Part shown: piece after piece, positions 1 through 13,210 of the stretch
How positions within the stretch are numbered: position 1 is the first letter of the stretch
Layout of the letters: each line of letters begins with the position of its first letter
NCBI GenBank assembly: GCA_963749075.1
Contig: CAVVLJ010000004.1
Location: 484,477-548,476 of the forward strand
Length of the DNA: 64,000 bases
Reading direction: 5' to 3'
From: an uncultured Pseudomonadota bacterium
Lineage (GTDB): Bacteria > Pseudomonadota > Alphaproteobacteria > JACZXZ01
Notes under the pieces: generated by a model
What the model was told of the DNA's origin: nothing
Seen by the model: only the letters and a program-made list of their open reading frames with translations
Databases searched by the model: none
Made by a program: the position numbers and the translations under genes

Positions 1-479
1 CACTCCTCGGCACGCGGGAAGGTGATGTGGAGCGAGGAGACGCCGAGGCGCTCGGCCACATCGACCAGGCCTCTGATGAGCGTCTCGCGCGTGCCCGGCG
101 GGGCCAGCGGATGGACGAGGAGGCGCGGCCCCGTGACCGGCGTGAAGGGCACCGCCACCTGGAGCTTCGGGTAATAGCGTCCGCCCGCGCGCTCGAAGGC
201 GTCCGCCCAGCCGTGGTCGAAGACGTACTCGCCGTAGGAGTGGCTCTTGAGATACATGGGTGCGGCCGCGATGAGACGGCCCGCCTTGTCCTCGATGACG
301 AGGTGGCGGGGGAGCCAGCCCGTCGTGCCGGTTGCCGAGCCGCTCTCCTCGAGGGCCGCGAGGAAGGCGTGGCAGACGCTGGGGTTCTCGGCGCCGGCGA
401 GGGCGTCCCAGGCGGCCGCCTCGAGCTCGGCCATGCGCTCGACGAGGCGGATGGTCGCGGGCTCGCGGCCGTCAGGCAT
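1..479 (-). CDS. FemAB-like/DUF482 GNAT-family protein (5' part; runs off window)
   Basis: Manual minus-strand translation from ATG 479: MPDGREPATIRLVERMAELEAAAWDALAGAENPSVCHAFLAALEESGS...GWLPRHL...APMYLKSHSYGEYVFDHGWADAFERAGGRYYPKLQVAVPFTPVTGPR, with hallmark motifs of this family. Not in the ORF track. Confidence 0.9.
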   Translation of the reverse strand, partial: MPDGREPATIRLVERMAELEAAAWDALAGAENPSVCHAFLAALEESGSATGTTGWLPRHLVIEDKAGRLIAAAPMYLKSHSYGEYVFDHGWADAFERAGGRYYPKLQVAVPFTPVTGPRLLVHPLAPPGTRETLIRGLVDVAERLGVSSLHITFPRAEE

Positions 480-748
480 GGCGGGATCCGGAGGGCGCGG
501 AGGGCCTCATGCCCTTGAGGATGGCGCAGGCCGAGCCGCCCGGCAAGATGCGCCGAGCGAAGGCAGCGGCGGCGAGCTAAGCGATGGCCGACGCACGCCG
601 CGAGAAGCCTTGCGGGCGGCCGGCAGGCCGCGGCCCCCTAAAGGGGGGCGCCGTCGGGCATCCCGGGCGCTGCGGGAATGACGACCGCGGACGCAGCGGA
701 ATTCATATGCTGCTTAGAATCGCGCGAATGCGCCGAGGTGCGTCGATT

Positions 749-1165
749 TCACGCGGCCCGGACGTACGGTGCCGACGACGGTGCGCTGAGCAACTCTTGC
801 CAGGTCGTGCCAAGCCGCTTGCGTTCCGCTTCCGCGGCCTTCGCCGCGGCGAGGATTTCGCCGTCATGCGCGCTGCCGAGCATCCCGAGGATGGCCGCCA
901 AGCGGTCCTTCGGCTCGGTGTGCGCAGCGACTTCAGTGTCGGCGAGCATCCATTCGCCGTTGCGGGTGCACCGCAGGACGCCTTGGCGCTCCAAATGCTC
1001 GGCCGCTTTGCGGACGCTGGCATAGATCGCGGGGGACGGCTGCGCGAACGGCGCCGCGACTTCCCACGCGAGAAGCTGAGTGGAAAGGTGCCGCGTCCGG
1101 GTGAGGATGGCGATGATCGCGCATTCGACGCGATCGAAGCCCGGCCCAATGCGACCGGCATTCAT
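749..1165 (-). CDS. Hypothetical protein: winged-helix-like N-terminus plus 'RLAAILGMLGSAHDGEILAAA' (DUF2786-like) C-terminus
   Basis: ORF 749..1216 with likely start MNAGRIG at 1165, which overlaps the upstream stop (ATGA). Confidence 0.55.
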   Translation of the reverse strand: MNAGRIGPGFDRVECAIIAILTRTRHLSTQLLAWEVAAPFAQPSPAIYASVRKAAEHLERQGVLRCTRNGEWMLADTEVAAHTEPKDRLAAILGMLGSAHDGEILAAAKAAEAERKRLGTTWQELLSAPSSAPYVRAA

Positions 1166-1248
1166 GGCGCGGACCGCAGGGCGAGCGTGAACACGATGGC
1201 GATCGCGCCAAGCCAAACAATCAAGTCATCGGGCAATCTATGGTGCAT
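1162..1248 (-). CDS. Small hydrophobic peptide (28 aa, MHHRLPDDLIVWLGAIAIVFTLALRSAP)
   Basis: GGAG upstream, single TM-like stretch, ATGA overlap with the next gene. Confidence 0.4.
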   Translation of the reverse strand: MHHRLPDDLIVWLGAIAIVFTLALRSAP

Positions 1249-1668
1249 GACACTATCCGACTCCGTGGCACCCCTCTCGGGGATGGTTAGCTTGCCCGCC
1301 TTCCTCCAGGCCTCTGCCGGCGGCCTTAAGACGAGATGAGCAAAAGCGGGGCCACAGCCTCCGGGCCCCGGAACGGGCCCGCGGCGGGGGGCCGGAAAGA
1401 TCAAAATATCATTTCAAAGCAATCTGTTACGGCAGAATACCGAGACGGAGACTAAGCTGGGAGCGGTCCTGGCGCGAACCGCCGCCGCCGCTCCGCACTG
1501 CATTTCGCTGCAAAAGCCGCGGCAAATTGCCAAGGCTCGAAGGACCGGCGGATGCCTCCGCCGCCATCCCATGCGGCACTCGGCCGGGCGGGCATCGAGG
1601 CGATAATTGCGGGGGCCTGGCAAGACCATCTTTGGACTTGCCGCAGGCGAGCGAAAGCCGAACGCCGC

Positions 1669-2133
1669 TCACCCCACCTCGAGCACCGCCGCGACCTCGA
1701 CCGCGACGTTCGCCGGCAGCGAGCCGGCGCCGACCGCGAAACGCGCGTGCTTGCCCGCGTCGCCGAACACCTCGACGAAGAGGTCCGAGGCGCCGTTCAC
1801 CACCTTGGGATGGTCGGTATAGTCGGGCACCGCATTGACGAAGCCCTGCACCATGACGACGCGCTTCACCCGGTCGAGGCTGCCGAGTGCCGCTTGCGCC
1901 TGGGCGAGCACGTTGAGCGCGCAGAGCCGCGCCGCCGCGCGGCCGTCCTCGAGCGAGATCTCCTTGCCGAGCTTGCCGATGTATTGGAGTTTGCCGTCGA
2001 GGAAGGTGACCTGGCCGGAGACGAAGAGGAGGTTGCCCGCCGCCACCGTGGGCACGTAGTTGGCGACCGGCGCTGCCGCCTTGGGCAGCTCGATCTTGAG
2101 CTCCTTGAGACGCGCCTCGATCCCGCCGGCCAT
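1669..2133 (-). CDS. RidA/YjgF family protein
   Basis: [54 protein letters not shown] motifs. Confidence 0.93.
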   Translation of the reverse strand: MAGGIEARLKELKIELPKAAAPVANYVPTVAAGNLLFVSGQVTFLDGKLQYIGKLGKEISLEDGRAAARLCALNVLAQAQAALGSLDRVKRVVMVQGFVNAVPDYTDHPKVVNGASDLFVEVFGDAGKHARFAVGAGSLPANVAVEVAAVLEVG

Positions 2134-2285
2134 GGCCTGTCCTCCTCGCTATTGACGGTTCCCGCGCAGCACTGCGGCACAAGCGCCGCAGCGGCGGGCG
2201 GGAGGATAGCCGCCCGCGCGCGCGCATGCCAGGATCATTCCGGCGCTATGACGGCACCCTCGCTTGTAGGTGCCACGCACTCCTC

Positions 2286-2389
2286 CTATGATCGCTGGCT
2301 ATGATCGCTGGCTATGATCGCTGGCTATGATCGCTGGCTATGATCGCTGGCTATGATCGCTGGCTATGATCGCCGGCTATGAGCGCTGG
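2286..2389. repeat. Tandem repeat of 13-bp unit CTATGATCGCTGG x8 (6 perfect + 2 single-mismatch copies)
   Basis: Counted directly; intergenic between the divergent ridA and 2425 genes. Confidence 0.97.
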
Positions 2390-2424
2390 CCGGCCATGAT
2401 CCGCAGCCGGCCGTCCGCATCATC

Positions 2425-3108
2425 ATGGAGGCAGCCCTGCTCCGCGCTCTTGCACTCGCGGCCCTCGTCGCCGTCTCGTTCCTCCCCGCAGCGCCGGCCC
2501 GGGCGCAGCTCTTGGCCCTCGAGCGCTATCTCTCGCCGCCCAAGGTGGATTACGCGGCGGACGTGGTGATGACCGCGGACGGCGCGCCGGTCGAGGGCAG
2601 GATCATGCGCTCGACGGGCAAGGAGCGCCGCGAGATGACCGTCGAGGGCGAGCTCGAGATCGTCATCATCCGGCTCGACCGCAACCTGGTCTGGAGCCTG
2701 GCGCCCGACGACAAGCTCTACGTCGAATCCTCGCTCGACGACGTGCTCGGCCGCACGCCCGACGCCGCGGGCAAGACGCGCGAGCCGCAGCTCACCCTGA
2801 CGGCACTCGGCAGCGAGCAGGTGGCGGGCATGCATGCCTCCAAGAAGAAGGTGAGCGGCAAGGAGGCCGACGGCTCTGCCGTCGAGGGGGTGGTGTGGGT
2901 GAGCGACGACGGCATCGTGCTGCGCGCCGAGAGCGCGCTCGTCGACGACGACGGCAAGCACCACAGCCTGCGCATGGAGCTCAAGAACGTCCGCATCGGT
3001 CCGCAGAGCCCGGCGCTCTTCGAGATACCCGCGGGCTACAAGCGCGTCACGCACGGCAAGACGGGCTCGCTCGCACCCGCGGGCGCCGCGCGCGCCCGCA
3101 CCGGCTGA
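2425..3108 (+). CDS. Exported DUF4412/LolA-fold-like protein
   Basis: Signal peptide ending PARA; IIRLDRNLVW and LKNVRIGPQSPALFEIPAGY motifs. Confidence 0.75.
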   Translation: MEAALLRALALAALVAVSFLPAAPARAQLLALERYLSPPKVDYAADVVMTADGAPVEGRIMRSTGKERREMTVEGELEIVIIRLDRNLVWSLAPDDKLYVESSLDDVLGRTPDAAGKTREPQLTLTALGSEQVAGMHASKKKVSGKEADGSAVEGVVWVSDDGIVLRAESALVDDDGKHHSLRMELKNVRIGPQSPALFEIPAGYKRVTHGKTGSLAPAGAARARTG

Positions 3109-3131
3109 GGGCGCCCGCCGGCGGGGGCGGC

Positions 3132-3701
3132 ATGACCACGGACAGGGGCGAGGTCCCGCTCATCAATATGGCGAACGTCATGCTCGCCGTGCTCAAGGCG
3201 GCGGCGCTGGCGGAAGTGGCGGCGGAGGACTGCGTGGCCGTGCTCATGCGTCAGCTCGCGCGCGTGCACGAGGACGCCGAGGCGGTGCTGGCCGAGCTCG
3301 CAGACCGCGTCGCCACGGCACTCGAGGCGCTCTCGGCGGCGGGTCTCCTCGCGGCCGCCGAGGGCGGGCGCTATCGCCTGACGGCGCGCGGGCGCACCGT
3401 GCTCGAGGAGCACCCGATGGGGGTCGACGATACGGTACTCGCCGAGTTCCGCGAGTTCCGCGACTTCGTGCGACGGCTCGAGGCGCCGGCCCGAACGGCG
3501 CCAACGGCGGCTGCCGCACCAAGCGCCTATCTCGACGGCTACAGCGCCTATCTCGGCGGCCGCCGCGTCACGGAGAACCCGCACCCCGCCGACATGAACG
3601 AGCATATGGCCTGGGACGCCGGCTGGTTCGAGGCGTTCGACGAGGCGCTCGAGAACAGCGCGGACGCGGAGCGCGGCGGCGGGGGAGCGCGTGGCCCATA
3701 G
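3132..3701 (+). CDS. Mrr_N-like winged-helix domain fused to an RMF-like C-terminal domain
   Basis: YRLTARGRTVLEEHPMGVDDTVLAEFREFRDFVRR (Mrr N-terminal pattern), then AYLDGYSAYLGGRRVTENPHP...AWDAGWFEA (RMF-like pattern). Confidence 0.7.
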   Translation: MTTDRGEVPLINMANVMLAVLKAAALAEVAAEDCVAVLMRQLARVHEDAEAVLAELADRVATALEALSAAGLLAAAEGGRYRLTARGRTVLEEHPMGVDDTVLAEFREFRDFVRRLEAPARTAPTAAAAPSAYLDGYSAYLGGRRVTENPHPADMNEHMAWDAGWFEAFDEALENSADAERGGGGARGP

Positions 3702-5079
3702 CGCCGGCTCGGGCGACGCGCGCCGCGGCTCTTCCGGCCTGGCGCGCGCCTGGCGCGTCCACAAGAACGCGCTCGCCGCCTGGTCGGACGACGCCTTCCG
3801 CGAGGAGCTGATCGAGATCCGCATGCTCTTCCGCCGCGTGCTCGTATTGAACGCGCCCGCGGCGGTCAAGCATGTGCTGCTCGACCGCGCCGACAATTAC
3901 GTGAAGAGCTTCATCGCGCGCCAGCTCCTGAAGCCGCTCGGCCAGGGCCTGCTCACGAGCGAGGGGGCGGCCTGGCGCCGCCAGCGCCGCACCATGGCGC
4001 CCGCCTTCCACCCGAGGCGCATCGAGGCCTTGGCCCCGCTCATGGTGGAGGCGACGCTCGAGCGGCTCGCCGCCTGGGAGCGCCTCGGCGAGGGCGCCGT
4101 CCTCGACGTGGCCGAGGAGATGGCTCGCCTCACCCTCGACATCATCACGCGCACCATGTTCTCGAGCGACATCCGCGAGCGCGTGGACGAGGTGCGGCGG
4201 GCGGTGCTCGCCTACCAGCGCGTGGGGGGACGGCCGGCGCTCTTCGATCTTCTCGGCCTGCCGCGCTGGCTGCCGCGGCTCCAGGCCTTGCGCATGCGCG
4301 ATCCGGGCGCAGCACTCGACGCCATCATCTACGAGATCATCGAGCGGCGGCGGCGCGGGCCCGCATCGCCCGACGACCTCCTGGGCCTCCTCCTCGCGGC
4401 GCGCGACGAGGAGAGCGGTGCCGCAATGGACGACCGCGAGCTGCGCGACCAGACCTCCACCATCTTCACCGCCGGTCACGAGACGACCGCCAACGCGCTG
4501 GCCTGGACCTGGTACCTCCTCGCCCTCCATCCCGCGGTCGAGGCGAGGCTGAGGGATGAGCTCAGAGCCGTGCTCGGCGGCCGCGCGCCCGCCGGCGGCA
4601 ACGTCCCGCGCCTCCCCTACACGCGCATGGTGATCGAGGAGGCGATGCGGCTCTATCCGCCGGCCCACACCATGTCGCGCGAGGCGCTCGCCGACGACGA
4701 GATCATGGGCCGCAAGGTGCCCAAGGGCTCGACCGTGGTGATCTCGCCCTGGCTCATCCATCGCCACGAGAAGCTGTGGGAGCGCCCGCTCGTCTTCGAT
4801 CCGGAGCGCATGGCGCCCGAGCGCCAGGAGAGCCGGCCGCGCTACGCCTATCTCCCCTTCGGCGGCGGGCCGCGCATCTGCATCGGCGCCGGCTTCGCCA
4901 TGCAGGAGGCGATCCTCATCGTGGCGAGCGTGGCCCAGCGCTTCCGCTTGAGCCTCCTCCCGGGCCACGCCATCGAGCCGGTGGGCCTCATCACGCTCAA
5001 GCCCAAGGGCGGCTTGCCCATGCGCCTCGAGCGGCGCACGTCTCACACGGCGGCGCGGCACACGGCGCCGATCTTGTAG
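3691..5079 (+). CDS. Cytochrome P450
   Basis: I-helix AGHETT, ExxR (EAMR), PER, heme motif FGGGPRICIG. Confidence 0.96.
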   Translation: MAHSAGSGDARRGSSGLARAWRVHKNALAAWSDDAFREELIEIRMLFRRVLVLNAPAAVKHVLLDRADNYVKSFIARQLLKPLGQGLLTSEGAAWRRQRRTMAPAFHPRRIEALAPLMVEATLERLAAWERLGEGAVLDVAEEMARLTLDIITRTMFSSDIRERVDEVRRAVLAYQRVGGRPALFDLLGLPRWLPRLQALRMRDPGAALDAIIYEIIERRRRGPASPDDLLGLLLAARDEESGAAMDDRELRDQTSTIFTAGHETTANALAWTWYLLALHPAVEARLRDELRAVLGGRAPAGGNVPRLPYTRMVIEEAMRLYPPAHTMSREALADDEIMGRKVPKGSTVVISPWLIHRHEKLWERPLVFDPERMAPERQESRPRYAYLPFGGGPRICIGAGFAMQEAILIVASVAQRFRLSLLPGHAIEPVGLITLKPKGGLPMRLERRTSHTAARHTAPIL

Positions 5080-5438
5080 CCGTCCGGGTCGAGCACGAAG
5101 GCACCGTAGTAGTGCGCGTCATATTCGGGGCGCAGGCCCGGCGCGCCGTTATCCACGGCGCCGCGCGCAAGTGCTGCGGCATGGAAGGCATCCACCGCGG
5201 CGCGCGAGCTCGCGCCGAAGCAGAAGTGAAGGCCGAGGCCGGGCTCGACCGCACCTTGCGGCCGGCGCGCGAGGATCCAGAAGACCGCATGGCCCGGGCC
5301 GTAGCCGATGCCGCCCCGCACCTCCTTGGCGCGCGCCAAGCCGAGCGGCGCCAAGGCCGCATCATAGAAGGCGGCCGCCGCCGCGAGATCGGCGACGGCG
5401 ATCGAGGCGTGGTCGAGCGGCGCATAGGGCCGGCTCAT
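5043..5438 (-). CDS. VOC/glyoxalase family protein
   Basis: LDHASIAVADL, HFCF, DNGAPGLRPEYDAHYYGAFVLDPDG. Confidence 0.92.
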   Translation of the reverse strand: MSRPYAPLDHASIAVADLAAAAAFYDAALAPLGLARAKEVRGGIGYGPGHAVFWILARRPQGAVEPGLGLHFCFGASSRAAVDAFHAAALARGAVDNGAPGLRPEYDAHYYGAFVLDPDGYKIGAVCRAAV

Positions 5439-5505
5439 GGCTACCTCATTCCAGCGGGTCGGGCCGTCCAGTGCAGTAATCCTGACATTTGATCCCGATC
5501 TACGC

Positions 5506-5610
5506 CGTCATGCGCGCCCCCGGGCTCTTCGACCCGGGGGTGTCCCGCGCATCCACGCCTACGGCGGCTCCGGCAAGGCGTGGACGGCCGTGACAAGCAC
5601 GGCCATGACG
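5506..5610. repeat. REP/RIME-like palindromic element
   Basis: CGTCATG...GTCCCGCGCATCCACG...CGTGGACGGCCGTGACAAGCACGGCCATGACG: nested inverted repeats of the type common in alphaproteobacterial intergenic DNA. Confidence 0.7.
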
Positions 5611-5669
5611 TTCGTTGGGCATGCGAATCGTCCGTTGGAAACAGTACACGAGGAGGTTTCAAGGTCCGC

Positions 5670-5795
5670 TCAATCAGCCGACCCGATCGTGTGCGACAGG
5701 ATCGTGCCAGCAATGGCGCGTTGCACGCCCGAAACCGGCTTCCGTTCACGCGTCGGAATATTCGCGCTCCCGCGCGGCGTGAAGCGCAGCTTCAT
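5670..5795 (-). pseudogene. Truncated RelE/ParE-type toxin remnant
   Basis: ATG overlaps the antitoxin stop; begins MKLRFTPRGSANI (ParE-like start), then diverges and stops after 41 codons. Confidence 0.5.
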
Positions 5796-6019
5796 GGGTC
5801 GAAGCGGCGGAACGCCGCTTCGACTTCGGCATCGGTCGCGAACTGGCGGCGTTTGGCCTGGGCGAGGCTTTCCAATACGTCGGCCAGGTGCTGAGGATCG
5901 ATTTCCTCCGGCTCTCCCTCGCCTCCCACCATGTTGAGCATGGCGCGGGCGATCTCGTCCTGGCTCTCGGGCGGCAAGCGGTGAACCGCTGCGAGAGCCT
6001 TTTCCAAGAGCTTGGTCAT
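5792..6019 (-). CDS. Putative antitoxin (75 aa, addiction-module type)
   Basis: MTKLLEKALAAVHRLPPESQDEIARAML...LAQAKRRQFATDAEVEAAFRRF, typical of antitoxins upstream of ParE. Confidence 0.7.
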   Translation of the reverse strand: MTKLLEKALAAVHRLPPESQDEIARAMLNMVGGEGEPEEIDPQHLADVLESLAQAKRRQFATDAEVEAAFRRFDP

Positions 6020-6082
6020 GGGGGAAAGAATAAGCGGTCTTCCGGCGAGAAAATAGCCACTTTGCAGATAGGCCGTATTACG

Positions 6083-6115
6083 AAAAAAGGGGGATGCGCC
6101 GCTGCCGCATCCCCC
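6083..6115 (-). terminator. Intrinsic terminator of nrdJ
   Basis: GGGGGATGCG/CGCATCCCCC stem followed by U6 on the minus strand, ~50 nt after the nrdJ stop. Confidence 0.85.
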
Positions 6116-6163
6116 TGAGGTCAGGGAGGAGTCCACCTCTGTCGCCGGGGAGCAGCGGCTGTC

Positions 6164-9874
<3,711 letters not shown>

Positions 9875-9994
9875 GATGCCGTCTCCCCCTCCGTTCGCTG
9901 CCCCGTCGGCCGACCCCTCGCGAGGCCCCTTGGGGCCCCCCGAGTCGCCACCCCGCCGAGCGCGGATTGCTGCCCTTGCCCAGTTCCGCGGTCG

Positions 9995-10042
9995 CCCCAA
10001 GTAATTGCGGTTTTGTGTCAAGCCAACCGCTAGATATTGACC
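9995..10042. promoter_or_regulatory. Tandem NrdR boxes (proximal pair)
   Basis: CCCCAAGTAATTGCGG (9995, weak) and CCGCTAGATATTGACC (10027), 32 bp apart, upstream of nrdJ. Confidence 0.65.
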
Positions 10043-10298
10043 AACGGGGGAGCGGTGCGCAAGTGAAATCTTCGCCCTTCGGGACGTTTTCAACAAATTT
10101 TTTCCGGGAGGTGTAGTATCGAAGGGACGTATGATTACAGTTATAGCAGAGCGCTCGATTGTCTTATTTGAAGACAACCACTGAGAGCGCCATGCCGGCG
10201 AGAGTCTATACTTCCGTCGTTTGGTGTCCCGCGGCCTTCATTCCTGTCGTTCGTGGCTTTCGAATCAGGGTGCGCAGAATAGCACCGGGCACGGGGAC

Positions 10299-10346
10299 AG
10301 TCAATATGTAGGGGCTTGCTCCGGAAGGGCCCACTGCATATAGGAA
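10299..10346. promoter_or_regulatory. Tandem NrdR boxes (distal pair)
   Basis: AGTCAATATGTAGGGG (10299) and CCACTGCATATAGGAA (10331), 32 bp apart. Confidence 0.6.
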
Positions 10347-10658
10347 AACTTCCGATGGCTGTCATCCCGGGCCCATCGGCCGGCAGAAGGCCGCTTCCGC
10401 GCCTCACGGCTCCGCCGCGGGCAGCGCCAACGGACGGCCGCGGCGCGTGAGGAAGGGGGCTGTCATCGCGAGCGTTGCGCCCAGCATCCGGAGCGCCCTC
10501 GGGCGCGGCGCCTTCTCGTTGCGCATCCTCACGGAGCGGCGGGCAGCCCGTCTCCAGGCGGGCTCGGGCGGGCCTGGGCAGGCTGGACGGGGGCGGCGCC
10601 AAGTGCCATAGTCCGGCCGCGCATCCCTTGCCCGAGGAAGCCTCAAGGACACCCGAGC

Positions 10659-11027
10659 ATGAGCGTCGGCACCCTTCTCTACACTTGGCTCCATGGCGAG
10701 CTCGTGGGGCGCGACGCCGAGGGCAACCGCTATTACCGGGAGAAGGGCGGGCGCCGGCGCAACGTGGGCGGACTCGGCCGCGAGCGCCGCTGGGTCATCT
10801 ACGAGGGCGAGCCCGAGGGCTCGCGCGTGCCGCCCGAGTGGCACGCCTGGCTCCACCACACGGTGGAGGCGCCGCCTCTCGGCGAGCGTCCCACGCGGCC
10901 CTGGCTCAAGGCCCACGAGCCGAACCTGACCGGCACGCCGCTCGCCTATCGCCCGCAGGGGCACGAGCTGCGCGGCGGCCGGCGCGCCAAGGCGACGGGC
11001 GACTACGAGCCCTGGCGCCCGACGTAA
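10659..11027 (+). CDS. NADH:ubiquinone oxidoreductase subunit NDUFA12 family protein
   Basis: GELVGRDAEGNRYY, RRWVIY, VPPEWHAWLHH, HEPNLTGT, DYEPWRP. Confidence 0.95.
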   Translation: MSVGTLLYTWLHGELVGRDAEGNRYYREKGGRRRNVGGLGRERRWVIYEGEPEGSRVPPEWHAWLHHTVEAPPLGERPTRPWLKAHEPNLTGTPLAYRPQGHELRGGRRAKATGDYEPWRPT

Positions 11028-11058
11028 GCGGACACGGCAGGCGGACGGAGAAGGCGAC

Positions 11059-11550
11059 TTGGCACTGCGGATCAGCCGTGATGCGACCGAGATGCTGGTC
11101 GGTGCCGCGGCACTCGCCGCTTTCTCGCTCTTCGTCATCTTCGCCTTCACGGTCAACCAGAGCTCGGTGAGCGGCTACCAGCTCTTTGCCAAGTACCACC
11201 ATGTCGACGGCTTGGCGCTCCACGCCGACGCGCGCCTCGCCGGCATCCGCGTGGGCGAGGTCACGGGCGAGCGCCTGACGAACGGGGACGAGGCGGTCGT
11301 CACCATGACGCTCAAGGACGGCATCGAGATTCCGCGCGACAGCGCTGCGATCATCGCGAGCGACGGCCTGCTCGGCGCCAAGTTCATCAAGATCGATCCC
11401 GGCGGGGATCTCCAGATGATCAAGCCGGGCGGCTCCTTCGATTACGTCGAGGACTCCGTCGATTTCGAGCGCCTGCTGCAGCGCGTCGTGCAGGAGGCGG
11501 AGCAGACGCGCAAGGCGGCCCCGGCGGCGCCGGCCGGCAAGAGCGAGTGA
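11059..11550 (+). CDS. mlaD: MlaD/MCE family protein
   Basis: N-terminal TM, VDGL...RLAGIRVGEV, SDGLLGAKFIKIDPGG. Confidence 0.88.
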   Translation: MALRISRDATEMLVGAAALAAFSLFVIFAFTVNQSSVSGYQLFAKYHHVDGLALHADARLAGIRVGEVTGERLTNGDEAVVTMTLKDGIEIPRDSAAIIASDGLLGAKFIKIDPGGDLQMIKPGGSFDYVEDSVDFERLLQRVVQEAEQTRKAAPAAPAGKSE

Positions 11551-11566
11551 GCGGGGGGAGGGCGCC

Positions 11567-12049
11567 GTGCTGGGCAAGAACCTGGTCGAAACCATCATGG
11601 GCGGCCTCGTGCTGCTGGTCGCCGCCATCTTTCTCGGCTTCGCCTATGTCTCCGCCGACCTGCGTCCCGCCGCCGGCTATTCGGTGAGCGCCGTCTTCAG
11701 CTCGATCGACGGGCTCACCGTCGGCTCCGACGTGCGCGTCGGCGGCGTCAAGGTCGGCATCGTCACGCGCCAGGCGCTCGACCCCAAGGACTATCGCGCG
11801 CTCGTCACCATGAACCTGGAGCCGAGCGTCGAGCTGCCCAGCGATACCAAGGCGGTGGTGGCGAGTGCCAGCCTGATGGGCGGCAAATACATCAAGCTGG
11901 AGCCCGGCAGCGCCAAGACGATGCTGAAGCCGGGCAGCGAGATCACCGACACCGAGGGTGCCGTGGTGCTCGAGGAGCTTCTCGGCAAGATCATCTTCCT
12001 CGCGACCGATCAGACCCCGTCGAATGCGGGCAGCGCCCCGGCGAAATGA
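11567..12049 (+). CDS. mlaD: MlaD/MCE family protein (second paralogue)
   Basis: ETIMGGLVL, IDGLTVGSDVRVGGVKVG, LMGGKYIKLEPG, LEELLGKIIF. Confidence 0.92.
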   Translation: MLGKNLVETIMGGLVLLVAAIFLGFAYVSADLRPAAGYSVSAVFSSIDGLTVGSDVRVGGVKVGIVTRQALDPKDYRALVTMNLEPSVELPSDTKAVVASASLMGGKYIKLEPGSAKTMLKPGSEITDTEGAVVLEELLGKIIFLATDQTPSNAGSAPAK

Positions 12050-12119
12050 GGGTGCCCGCGGCACGGCCTCAAGGACCAGGTTGTGCGCGTGCGTTCCTCA
12101 GGATGAGTTCCATTTGCGT

Positions 12120-12623
12120 GTGGCAGAAAGACCCGACCTTATCCTGAGCGAGCGCAGCTTGCATCTCGAAGGATCCGCCGCACGCGGTCCGAGGCGCCCT
12201 TGCACAGCGCGACGCCGCACTCCCCGCCTGAGGCGCCTCGCGGCTATTGCCGTCCTCGCCGCCGGCGTCTCGGCGGCGCGCGCCGACAGCTGGATCGACG
12301 AGGACACCGCGGTGCTCCAGGGGCTCGACAAGGTGACCGCGCAAATCTCGACGATCGAGGACAAGGTCGGCGAGACCGCGCATTTCGGCACGCTCGAGAT
12401 CACCGTGCGCGCCTGCCGCAAGCATCCGCCCGAGGAGCCGCCCGAGGCGGTCGCCTTCCTGGAGATCCGCGAGAAGAAGGCGGGCGAGGAGGCGAAGCTC
12501 CTGTTCAGCGGCTGGATGTTCGCCTCGAGCCCGGCGCTCTCGGCGCTCCAGCATCCCGTCTACGATCTCTGGGTCGTCGACTGCAAGAATCCGAAGAGCC
12601 AATCCTCGGGCAAGTCGGGCTGA
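12120..12623 (+). CDS. DUF2155 domain protein (start uncertain)
   Basis: [49 protein letters not shown]; conserved synteny with mlaD/aat. Confidence 0.88.
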   Translation: MAERPDLILSERSLHLEGSAARGPRRPCTARRRTPRLRRLAAIAVLAAGVSAARADSWIDEDTAVLQGLDKVTAQISTIEDKVGETAHFGTLEITVRACRKHPPEEPPEAVAFLEIREKKAGEEAKLLFSGWMFASSPALSALQHPVYDLWVVDCKNPKSQSSGKSG

Positions 12624-13210
12624 AAGACGGCGCTCTTGCCGAGTGCCGCCGCGAGCAGCGCGCGGTACTCGGCGCGCGGGATCTCGACGGCGCCGAACTG
12701 CTCGAGGTGCCTGGTGACGAACTGGGTGTCGAGGAGCGTGAAGCCGCCCGCCACGAGCCGGGCCACGAGATGGACGAGGGCCACCTTGCTCGCGTCGGCG
12801 GCCAGGCTGAACATGCTCTCGCCGAAGAAGGCGGCGCCGAGCGCCACGCCGTAGAGCCCGCCCAGGAGCTCGCCGCCCTGCCAGCACTCGACCGAATGGG
12901 CGATGCCCATCTCGTGAAGGGTGCCGTAGAGCCGCTCGATGTCGGGATTGATCCAGCTCTCGGGACGCCCTTCGCGGCACTCGGCGCAGGCGGCGATGAC
13001 CGCCGCGAAGGCGCCGTCGACGCGCACCTCGAAGCGCCTCTGCCTGAGCGTGCGCCTGAGCCGGCGCGGCACATGGAAGCGCTCGAGCGGCATGATGCCG
13101 CGCCACTCGGGGTCGAGCCAATAGAGGTGCCGGCTCGCGCGGCTGTCGGCCATGGGGAAGATGCCGACCGCATAGGCGCGCAGCAGGAGCTCCGGCGTGA
13201 GCCTGGTCAT
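12560..13210 (-). CDS. aat: Leucyl/phenylalanyl-tRNA--protein transferase
   Basis: [55 protein letters not shown]. Confidence 0.97.
   Translation of the reverse strand: MTRLTPELLLRAYAVGIFPMADSRASRHLYWLDPEWRGIMPLERFHVPRRLRRTLRQRRFEVRVDGAFAAVIAACAECREGRPESWINPDIERLYGTLHEMGIAHSVECWQGGELLGGLYGVALGAAFFGESMFSLAADASKVALVHLVARLVAGGFTLLDTQFVTRHLEQFGAVEIPRAEYRALLAAALGKSAVFQPDLPEDWLFGFLQSTTQRS

Noticed and set aside
2286-2389. Possible CRISPR array
   Set aside because: Head-to-tail 13-bp units with no spacers, and no cas genes.
9875-10300. Cobalamin riboswitch upstream of nrdJ
   Set aside because: No B12-box recognised; NrdR boxes explain the AT-rich motifs.
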